From: Tubulanus polymorphus
Taxonomy: Eukaryota > Animalia > Nemertea
NCBI RefSeq assembly: GCF_964204645.1
Contig: NC_134027.1
Span: forward strand, 16,524,485-16,588,484
DNA: 64,000 nucleotides
Direction: 5' to 3'
Shown here: piece by piece, positions 14,201 to 26,000 of the stretch
Layout of the letters: each line of letters opens with the position of its first letter
How positions within the stretch are numbered: position 1 is the first letter of the stretch
Position numbers and translations under genes: made by a program
The notes under the pieces: model-generated
Told to the model about the DNA's origin: nothing
Databases searched by the model: none
What the model saw: the letters and a program-made list of their open reading frames with translations, nothing else

Positions 14201-17200
14201 TAATGAATTGTCGCGGGCGATAAAACCAAAATATTGAATTGTTGTAGGCGCCAAATCAAAAAAAATGAATTGTCGCGGGCGATAAAACCAAAATCTTGAA
14301 TTGTCGCCATTGTCGCGTGCGACAAAACCAAAATAATGAATTGTCGCGGGCGATAAAACCAAAATAATGAATTGTCTCGGGCGACAAAACCAAAATAATG
14401 AATTGTCGTGGGCGATAAAACCAAAATATTGAATTGTCGTGGGTAACAAATCCAAAAAATGAATTGTCGCGGGCGATAAAACCAAAATCTTGAATTGTCG
14501 TGGGCGACAAATCCAAAAAATGAATTGTCGCGGGCGATAAAACCAAAATATTGAATTGTCGTGGGTAACAAATCCAAAAAATGAATTGTCGCGGGCGATA
14601 AAACCAAAATCTTGAATTGTCGTGGGCGACAAATCCAAAAAATGAATTGTCGCGGGCGATAAAACCAAAATCTTGAATTGTCGCCATTGTCGTGTGCGAC
14701 AAAACAAAAATAATGAATTGTCGCGGGCGATAAAACCAAAATACTGAATTGTCGCGGGCGATAAAACCAAAATAATGAATTGTCGCGGGCGACAAAAGCA
14801 AAATATTCAATTGTCGCGGGCGACAAAACCAAACTAATGAATTGTCGCGGGCGATAAAACCAAAATAATGAATTGTCGCGGGCGATAAAACCAAAATATT
14901 GAATTGTCTTGGGCGACAAAACCAAAATATTGTTTTGTCGCGGGTGACAAAACCAAATTAATGAATTGTCGCGGGCGATAAAACCAAAATACTGAATTGT
15001 CGCGGGCGATAAAACCAAAATATTGAATTGTCGCGGGCGACAAATCCAAAAAATGAATTGTCGCGGCAGAAAAACCAAAATCTTGAATTGTTGCGGGCGA
15101 CAAAACCAAAATATTCAATTGTCGCGGGTGACAAACCAAACTAATGAATTGTCGCGGGCGATAAAACCAAAATAATAAATTGTCGCAGGCGATAAAACCA
15201 TAAAAATGAATTGTCGCGGACGATAAATCCAAAATCATGAATTGTCGCGGGCGACAAAACCAAAATATTCAATTGTCGCGGGCGACAAAACCAAACTAAT
15301 GAATTGTCGCGGGCGATAAAGCCAAAATAATGAATTGTCGCGGGCGATAAAACCAAAATATTGAAGTGTCGCGGGCGATAAAACCGTGACAAAAAGAGAA
15401 AAAAATTGTCGCGGGCGACAAAACCAAACTAATGAATTGTCGCGGGCGATAAAACCAAAATATTGAATTGTCGTAGGCGCCAAATCCAAAAAATGAATTG
15501 TCGCGGGCGATAAAACCAAAATATTGAAGTGTCGCGGGTGATAAAACCGTGACAAAAAGAGAAAAAGAATGTCACGAGCGATAAAACCAAAATAATGAAT
15601 TGTCGCGGGCGATAAAACCAAAATATTGAATTATCGTAGGCGCCAAATCCAAAAAAATGAAATGTTGCGGGCGTAAAAACCAAAATCTTGAATTGTCGCC
15701 ATTGTCGCGTGCGACAAAACCAAAATAATGAATTGTCGCGGGCGATAAAACCAAAATAATGAATTGTCGCGGGCGATAAAACCAAAATATTGAATTATCG
15801 TAGGCGCCAAATCCAAAAAAATGAATTGTCGCGGGCGATAAAACCAAAATCTTGAATTGTCGCCATTGTCGCTTGCGACAAAACCAAAATAATGAATTTT
15901 CGCGGGCGATAAAACCAAAATAATGAATTGTCGCGGGCGATAAAACCAAAATCTTGAATTGTCGCCATTGTCGCGTGCGACAAAACCAAAATAATGAATT
16001 GTCGCGGGCGATAAAACCAAAATAATGAATTGTCGCGGGCGATAAAACCAAAATATTGAATTGTTGTAGGCGCCAAATCAAAAAAAATGAATTGTCGCGG
16101 GCGATAAAACCAAAATCTTGAATTGTCGCCATTGTCGCGTGCGACAAAACCAAAATAATGAATTGTCGCGGGCGATAAAACCAAAATAATGAATTGTCTC
16201 GGGCGACAAAACCAAAATAATGAATTGTCGTGGGCGATAAAACCAAAATATTGAATTGTCGTGGGTAACAAATCCAAAAAATGAATTGTCGCGGGCGATA
16301 AAACCAAAATCTTGAATTGTCGTGGGCGACAAATCCAAAAAATGAATTGTCGCGGGCGATAAAACCAAAATATTGAATTGTCGTGGGTAACAAATCCAAA
16401 AAATGAATTGTCGCGGGCGATAAAACCAAAATCTTGAATTGTCGTGGGCGACAAATCCAAAAAATGAATTGTCGCGGGCGATAAAACCAAAATATTCAAT
16501 TGTCGCCATTGTCGTGTGCGACAAAACAAAAATAATGAATTGTCGCGGGCGATAAAACCAAAATACTGAATTGTCGCGGGCGATAAAACCAAAATACTGA
16601 ATTGTCGCGGGCGATAAAACCAAAATAATGAATTGTCGCGGGCGACAAAACCAAAATATTCAATTGTCGCGGGCGACAAAACCAAACTAATGAATTGTCG
16701 CGGGCGATAAAACGAAAATAATAAATTGTCGCAGGCGATAAAACCAAAAAAATGAATTGTCGCGGATGATAAAACCAAAATCATGAATTGTCGCGGGCGA
16801 CAAAACCAAAATATTCAATTGTCACGGGCGACAAAACCAAACTAATGAATTGTCGCGGGCGATAAAACCAAAATATTGAAGTGTCGCGGGTGATAAAACC
16901 GCGACAAAAAGAGAAAAAGATTGTCACGGGCGATAAAACCAAAATAATGAATTGTCGCGGGCGATAAAACCAAAATCTTGAATTGTCGCCATTGTCGTGT
17001 GCGACAAAACCAAAATAATGAAAAGTCGCGGGCGATAAAACCAAAATAATGAATTGTCGCGGGCGATAAAACCAAAATATTGAATTGTCTTGGGCGACAA
17101 AACCAAAATATTGTTTTGTCGCGGGTGACAAAACCAAATTAATGAATTGTCGCGGGCGATAAAACCAAAATACTGAATTGTCGCGGGCGATAAAACCAAA

Positions 17201-20200
17201 ATATTGAATTGTCGCGGGCGACAAATCCAAAAAATGAATTGTCGCGGCAGAAAAACCAAAATCTTGAATTGTTGCGGGCGACAAAACCAAAATATTCAAT
17301 TGTCGCGGGCGACAAAACCAAACTAATGAATTGTCGCGGGCGATAAAACCAAAATAATAAATTGTCGCAGGCGATGAAACCAAAAAAATGAATTGTTGCG
17401 GACGATAAAACCAAAATATTGAATTGTCGCGGGCGACAAAACCAAAATATTCAATTTTCGCGGGCGACAAAACCAAACTAATGAATTGTCGCGGGCGATA
17501 AAGCCAAAATAATGAATTGTCGCGGGCGATAAATCCAAAAAATGAATTGTCGCGGCAGAAAAACCAAAATCTTGAATTGTTGCGGGCGACAAAACCAAAA
17601 TATTCAATTGTCGCGGGCGACAAAACCAAACTAATGAATTGTCGCGGGCGATAAAACCAAAATAATAAATTGTCGCAGGCGATGAAACCAAAAAAATGAA
17701 TTGTCGCGGACGATAAAACCAAAATCATGAATTGTCGCGGGCGACAAAACCAAAATATTCAATTTTCGCGGGCGACAAAACCAAACTAATGAATTGTCGC
17801 GGGCGATAAAGCCAAAATAATGAATTGTCGCGGGCCATAAAACCAAAATATTGAAGTGTCGCGGGCGATAAAACCGCGACAAAAAGAGAAAAAAATTGTC
17901 GCGGGCGATAAAACCAAAATCTTGAATTGTCGCCATAGTCGTGTGCGACAAAATCAAAATATTGAATTGTCGCGGGCGATAAAACCAAATAATGAATTGT
18001 CGCGGGCGATAAAACCAAAATATTGAATTGTCGTGGGCGACAAAACCAAAATATTGTTTTGTCGCGGGTGACAAAACCAAATTAATGAATTGTCGCGAGC
18101 GATAAAACCAAAATACTGAATTGTCGCGGGCGATAAAACCAAAATAATGAATTGTCGCGGGCGACAAAAGCAAAATATTCAATTGTCGCGGGCGACAAAA
18201 CCAAACTAATGAATTGTCGCGGGCGATAAAACCAAAATAATGAATTGTCGCGGGCGATAAAACCAAAATATTGAATTGTCTTGGGCGACAAAACCAAAAT
18301 ATTGTTTTGTCGCGGGTGACAAAACCAAATTAATGAATTGTCGCGGGCGATAAAACCAAAATACTGAATTGTCGCGGGCGATAAAACCAAAATATTGAAT
18401 TGTCGCGGGCGACAAATCCAAAAAATGAATTGTCGCGGCAGAAAAACCAAAATCTTGAATTGTTGCGGGCGACAAAACCAAAATATTCAATTGTCGCGGG
18501 TGACAAAACAAACTAATGAATTGTCGCGGGCGATAAAACCAAAATAATAAATTGTCGCAGGCGATAAAACCATAAAAATGAATTGTCGCGGACGATAAAT
18601 CCAAAATCATGAATTGTCGCGGGCGACAAAACCAAAATATTCAATTGTCGCGGGCGACAAAACCAAACTAATGAATTGTCGCGGGCGATAAAGCCAAAAT
18701 AATGAATTGTCGCGGGCGATAAAACCAAAATATTGAAGTGTCGCGGGCGATAAAACCGTGACAAAAAGAGAAAAAAATTGTCGCGGGCGACAAAACCAAA
18801 CTAATGAATTGTCGCGGGCGATAAAACCAAAATATTGAATTGTCGTAGGCGCCAAATCCAAAAAATGAATTGTCGCGGGCGATAAAACCAAAATATTGAA
18901 GTGTCGCGGGTGATAAAACCGTGACAAAAAGAGAAAAAGAATGTCACGAGCGATAAAACCAAAATAATGAATTGTCGCGGGCGATAAAACCAAAATATTG
19001 AATTATCGTAGGCGCCAAATCCAAAAAAATGAAATGTTGCGGGCGTAAAAACCAAAATCTTGAATTGTCGCCATTGTCGCGTGCGACAAAACCAAAATAA
19101 TGAATTGTCGCGGGCGATAAAACCAAAATAATGAATTGTCGCGGGCGATAAAACCAAAATATTGAATTATCGTAGGCGCCAAATCCAAAAAAATGAATTG
19201 TCGCGGGCGATAAAACCAAAATCTTGAATTGTCGCCATTGTCGCTTGCGACAAAACCAAAATAATGAATTTTCGCGGGCGATAAAACCAAAATCTTGAAT
19301 TGTCGCCATTGTCGCGGGCGATAAAACCAAAATCTTGAATTGTCGCCATTGTCGCGTGCGACAAAACCAAAATAATGAATTGTCGCGGGCGATAAAACCA
19401 AAATAATGAATTGTCGCGGGCGATAAAACCAAAATATTGAATTGTTGTAGGCGCCAAATCAAAAAAAATGAATTGTCGCGGGCGATAAAACCAAAATCTT
19501 GAATTGTCGCCATTGTCGCGTGCGACAAAACCAAAATAATGAATTGTCGCGGGCGATAAAACCAAAATAATGAATTGTCTCGGGCGACAAAACCAAAATA
19601 ATGAATTGTCGTGGGCGATAAAACCAAAATATTGAATTGTCGTGGGTAACAAATCCAAAAAATGAATTGTCGCGGGCGATAAAACCAAAATCTTGAATTG
19701 TCGTGGGCGACAAATCCAAAAAATGAATTGTCGCGGGCGATAAAACCAAAATATTGAATTGTCGTGGGTAACAAATCCAAAAAATGAATTGTCGCGGGCG
19801 ATAAAACCAAAATCTTGAATTGTCGTGGGCGACAAATCCAAAAAATGAATTGTCGCGGGCGATAAAACCAAAATATTCAATTGTCGCCATTGTCGTGTGC
19901 GACAAAACAAAAATAATGAATTGTCGCGGGCGATAAAACCAAAATACTGAATTGTCGCGGGCGATAAAACCAAAATACTGAATTGTCGCGGGCGATAAAA
20001 CCAAAATAATGAATTGTCGCGGGCGACAAAACCAAAATATTCAATTGTCGCGGGCGACAAAACCAAACTAATGAATTGTCGCGGGCGATAAAACGAAAAT
20101 AATAAATTGTCGCAGGCGATAAAACCAAAAAAATGAATTGTCGCGGATGATAAAACCAAAATCATGAATTGTCGCGGGCGACAAAACCAAAATATTCAAT

Positions 20201-22280
20201 TGTCACGGGCGACAAAACCAAACTAATGAATTGTCGCGGGCGATAAAACCAAAATATTGAAGTGTCGCGGGTGATAAAACCGCGACAAAAAGAGAAAAAG
20301 ATTGTCACGGGCGATAAAACCAAAATAATGAATTGTCGCGGGCGATAAAACCAAAATCTTGAATTGTCGCCATTGTCGTGTGCGACAAAACCAAAATAAT
20401 GAAAAGTCGCGGGCGATAAAACCAAAATAATGAATTGTCGCGGGCGATAAAACCAAAATATTGAATTGTCTTGGGCGACAAAACCAAAATATTGTTTTGT
20501 CGCGGGTGACAAAACCAAATTAATGAATTGTCGCGGGCGATAAAACCAAAATACTGAATTGTCGCGGGCGATAAAACCAAAATATTGAATTGTCGCGGGC
20601 GACAAATCCAAAAAATGAATTGTCGCGGCAGAAAAACCAAAATCTTGAATTGTTGCGGGCGACAAAACCAAAATATTCAATTGTCGCGGGCGACAAAACC
20701 AAACTAATGAATTGTCGCGGGCGATAAAACCAAAATAATAAATTGTCGCAGGCGATGAAACCAAAAAAATGAATTGTTGCGGACGATAAAACCAAAATAT
20801 TGAATTGTCGCGGGCGACAAAACCAAAATATTCAATTTTCGCGGGCGACAAAACCAAACTAATGAATTGTCGCGGGCGATAAAGCCAAAATAATGAATTG
20901 TCGCGGGCGATAAATCCAAAAAATGAATTGTCGCGGCAGAAAAACCAAAATCTTGAATTGTTGCGGGCGACAAAACCAAAATATTCAATTGTCGCGGGCG
21001 ACAAAACCAAACTAATGAATTGTCGCGGGCGATAAAACCAAAATAATAAATTGTCGCAGGCGATGAAACCAAAAAAATGAATTGTCGCGGACGATAAAAC
21101 CAAAATCATGAATTGTCGCGGGCGACAAAACCAAAATATTCAATTTTCGCGGGCGACAAAACCAAACTAATGAATTGTCGCGGGCGATAAAGCCAAAATA
21201 ATGAATTGTCGCGGGCCATAAAACCAAAATATTGAAGTGTCGCGGGCGATAAAACCGCGACAAAAAGAGAAAAAAATTGTCGCGGGCGATAAAACCAAAA
21301 TCTTGAATTGTCGCCATAGTCGTGTGCGACAAAATCAAAATATTGAATTGTCGCGGGCGATAAAACCAAATAATGAATTGTCGCGGGCGATAAAACCAAA
21401 ATATTGAATTGTCGTGGGCGACAAAACCAAAATATTGTTTTGTCGCGGGTGACAAAACCAAATTAATGAATTGTCGCGAGCGATAAAACCAAAATACTGA
21501 ATTGTCGCGGGCGATAAAACCAAAATATTGAATTGTCGCGGGCGAAAAATCCAAAAAATAAATTGTCGCGGCCGAAAAACCAAAATCTTGAATTGTTGCG
21601 GGCGACAAAACCAAAATATTCAATTGTCGCGGGCGACAAAACCAAACTAATGAATTGTCGCGGGCGATAAAACCAAAATAATAAATTGTCGCAGGCGATA
21701 AAACCAAAAAAATGAATTGTCGCGGACGATAAAACCAAAATCATGAATTGTCGCGGGCGATAAAACCAAAATATTGAATTATCGTAGGCGCCAAATCCAA
21801 AAAAATGAATTGTCGCGGGCGATAAAACCAAAATCTTGAATTGTCGCCATTGTCGCGTGCGACAAAACCAAAATAATGAATTGTCGCGGGTGATAAAACC
21901 AAAATATTGAAGTGTCGCAGGCGATAAAACCGCGACAAAAAGAGAAAAAAAATTGTCGCGGGCGATAAAACCAAAATAATGAATTGTCGCGGGCAATAAA
22001 ACCAAAATATTGAATTGTCGCCATTGTCGTGTGCGACAAAACCAAAATAATGAATTGTTGTGGGCGATAAAACCAAAATAATGAATTGTCGCGGGCGATA
22101 AAACCAAAATATTGAATTGTCGTGGGCGACAAAACCAAAATATTGTTTTGTCGCGGGTGACAAAACCAAATCAATGAATTGTCGCGGGCGATAAAACCAA
22201 AATAATGAATTGTCGCGGGCGATAAAACCAAAATAATGAATTGCCGCGGGCAACAAAACCAAAATTATTGTTTTGTCGCG
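8288..22280. repeat. 31-bp satellite array (about 450 monomers) with kb-scale higher-order duplications
   Basis: Same monomer and same unique flanks as 2993-6313. Identical translated blocks recur at offsets 2651 and 3381 bp. Confidence 0.97.
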
Positions 22281-22783
22281 TTATTTTAGTTTTGTCGTTT
22301 TGTCATAATGTCGCCCTCATTTGCATATACGTGTTTTTTTTACGCATGGCCCTTATCAGCCACCATACTAAAGCCTTAAGGTCGCGTAAAACTCGATAAA
22401 CACTTCAAGCGACACAGCGAACGATCTTTCCCCCACAGCGAACGCTTAACCTAGTAGAGGCTACTAGCCTATGTAGGCCTATGTATATGCGTAGGCCTAA
22501 CATCCGGACAGATTGGTCGTAGGCCTATTGAATTCAACAACCCACCTAAATATCGTAAATTTTGTTTTGAAGTTCAATCCAATGAGTCCGTTAATAAACG
22601 CAACAATTGTACTGTGTTTGTTTGAGACAATAAAGCTCAGTACCGGTAGGCCTAAAGCCGCGTCAAACTCGATAAACACTTCAAGCGACACAGCGAACGA
22701 TCCCTTTCCCCCACAGCGAACGCTTACTCCGAATGTCAAGTGTGAGTCCAGCATACGGAAAGGATTATGTGTTATATACTTGT

Positions 22784-22984
22784 TGTCTTGAATTAAATAC
22801 AGTCCTCTATGACAGTTGAGAAATAACATAGTAATATTAAGAAATTCCAATAGATGGAGCCTGAGATGTAATTAAGTTTATGCAAAAAGATTGTTACAGA
22901 GCAGATGTAATAAAAAGAGAACACATGGTTGAATTATCAGAAAATCAGTCTTCAGTTAACAGTTTATTCGGTTAAGTAGCAACA
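22784..22984 (+). repeat. 5' LTR
   Basis: TGTCTTGAATT...GTAGCAACA, matches 28824-29024. Confidence 0.95.
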
Positions 22985-23023
22985 AATTGGTCCCTCAGAA
23001 GCCGAATTAAAATAATATTCAAA

Positions 23024-26000
23024 ATGTCAGAAGAACAGAAACAGTTGTTAGATTCAGAGAAAGCACTCATCAACAAGAAGAAGACAGTAAGACTGAATTT
23101 CAACAAATCCAAAAACCGACTGTTGGATGAAATCGAAAGTATAAGTGAGTCAAAGTCAAATTCAAATTCACTCAAGAAAAGACTAGATGAACTCGATGAA
23201 GCCTTTATGGCCATTTCGGAGCTTACAACGGAGCTCTCGGACATCTATATCAGCACATCCGATGACAATAAATTTCAAAAATTAGAGGAGTGGTTCGAAC
23301 AAATTGAAAATGATTATTCAAATGTGTCAGGTACTGGAGCAAAAATCCTGTGTCAAATGAAAACCCCAGTAACTGTTCAATCTGATTATCCAGTTAGCCA
23401 ACAGTTTAATCCAGTTGATGTACCGATGAATCCAGTTGATGTACCGTGTCCAGTGTCAAGTTCTTACACTCCGCCTCCGCCCGCTCGCAGCTATGACATG
23501 ACTCGAGATTTAGAACGTCTGCCACTACCAAAGTTCTACGGCGACAAAATAGAATACGAAGATTGGAAAGATTGTTTCCTCACCTGCGTAGACGAACAAC
23601 CGTGGTCAGCAAAAAGAAAAATGTTACGTCTAAAGAGCTGCCTGGAAGGCGAAACAAAAGACATAATAAGAGGTTTGGACAACAGTGAGGCTGCGTATCG
23701 CACAGCACTTGATCGTTTAGACCGAGAATATGGAGGAAAGCGAAGAATGATTGCGAAACACCTCGAAATGATCAGAGAAACCAAACCAATTCAAGCCAAT
23801 AACACCCGTGAGCTACGTAAATTTGTAAATTTAATTGAAGTGGCGATAGTCGCACTAACGAACAACGGCCACAATGAAGAACTTACAGACGGTATGTTAC
23901 ATCAGACAGCAAAAACCAAACTACCGAAATCGATGTTGATCAATTACAAACGTTGGATTCGCGACGCGGCGAAAGATGATATATTAACAAACCTAAGAGA
24001 CTGGCTCATCGATGAATTCAGAATTCTGTCAGAAGTACAAGAAGATGTGGAAGGAATTAACAAGTTAGGTCTACATGAGAATCAGTCTGTTAGTCAAAAA
24101 AATCGCTATGTTAAAACCTTCACAAAGAACACTGTATCAGTCAATTGTATTAAGTGCGAACAGTCACATCGACTATTTGAATGCCCGGCGTTTAAAGCAA
24201 TGAGCGTTGATAATCGGTGGCAATTTGCGAAAGAAAATCAGCTTTGTTTCCGCTGCTTAAAGCAGGGCCATTCTGGAAAAATATGTCGATTCACTCGAAG
24301 ATGTTACGTAGATGGATGCAAAAGTAATCATAACTCTCTATTACATGACAGGTCTACATCGAAAAATGTTGAGACAAATGCAAAATCAGTCGATAGAGGA
24401 AACGAATTGTCTTCTACTACAGTGCGTCCTGAAACTCTTTGTGTCACGGAGGGGGATACCCCAGACACCGTCAACTCTGCAAGCGATTCTCCTGTTCCAA
24501 ATGTATCTTTACGCACATTACCAGTTATCGTTTCAAATGGCGAAAAGAAAATTGAAATCGTAGCCGTCCTTGATGATTGCAGTACAGCTAGCTATATATC
24601 CGAAGATATCGCATTGAAACTAGGACTGCAAGGTCAGATAACTGATCTCAACGTCGATACAATTGGATCAACGAAACAAACATTCAGTACGATGCATGTA
24701 AATTTTACAGTCGGTAGTCCTAACAATCGGTACAGTAAAAACATGAATGCGTACACCGTGAAACGTGTCTCAGGATACCGACCATCGGTCAACTGGAACA
24801 ATCTGAAACAGAAACTTAATCATTTAAATGATATACGATTCCCAGATGTACCAAAAAACGCCAGGATTGAACTATTAATCGGACTCGATGCGGCAGACTT
24901 GCATAGATGTTTAGAAGAGAGATTCGGTGGTGACAACGAGCCTATAGCCCGACGAACACCCCTCGGCTGGACATGTGTCGGTAAAATTAGTAATAAAACG
25001 GTTATTACAAAACACGCATACGCTTATTTTGTCAGTGCTGAAAATATCCAGCTCAACGAACAGTTGCGTTTGTTCTGGGACTTAGACTCAATCGGTATTA
25101 GAAATAAGGACAACGTAGCATTATTCACTTCCGACGAAAAGAAAGCAATCGAGCAAACAGAGAAAACCAGATGCTTTAAAGATGGCCGCTACGAAGTCGG
25201 AATTCCCTGGAGAGATCAAGAACCGTGCTTTGAAAGCAATCGAGAGACTGCATTCAATCGTTTGAAAAATCTAGAAAAATCGTTGAATAATCGTCCGAAG
25301 GTAGCGATTGAATACAATAGAATTATACAGAACCACTTAGAACGTGGATATATTCGAAAGGTTCCTGCTAATGAAATTGCGTCTTCGCCTTCAGAGTGGT
25401 ACCTACCACATTTTCCAGTAGTTAAACTACAGCGTACTACTTCCAAAGTCCGAATTGTGTTTGACGCAGCCGCCAAGCATAACGGAAAATGCTTAAATGA
25501 TGCTATCTATGCCGGACCGAATCTACAAAATGATCTTATTAACATTTTAATTCGTTTTCGTCGTTATGCTGTCGCATTAATTGGAGATCTAAGCGAAATG
25601 TTCCTCCAAATTGGAATCCGAGAAGAAGATCGTCGTTTCCATCGTTTCTTATGGCGAGACCTGGACAGTTCGAAAGATCCAGAAGTGTATGAATTTTTAC
25701 GTTTAACCTTCGGTAACACATCGTCTCCGTACTTAGCGCAGGATGTTGTTCGATATCAGGCGAAAACTCACAAAGATATGTATCCGCTCGCGTCTGATAC
25801 GATTGAAAATGCTATGTACATGGATGACACACTAGAATCGGTTGTATCAACTGAAGTCGGTATTCAGTTACGTCGTGAACTATCAGATCTATTTGAATCA
25901 GCGGGATTCAAAATGCGTAAGTTTTGTAGCAATGACTTGAATGTACTTGCTGACATACCAGAATCCGATCGCGCAGTGGACATATGTATAGAAGAAGGCG

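Noticed and set aside
3049-22262. Dozens of long minus-strand ORFs (up to 644 aa) with VLSPATIHYFGFIARDNSLFWFYRPRQFIIL repeats
   Set aside because: Artefact of a 31-bp monomer that lacks minus-strand stops; all three frames give the same cyclic peptide and indels shift frame freely.
2993-22280. CRISPR-like array (31-bp period, palindromic core)
   Set aside because: No unique spacers: intervening bases are a few recurring variants of one consensus. No cas genes; eukaryotic transposon context.
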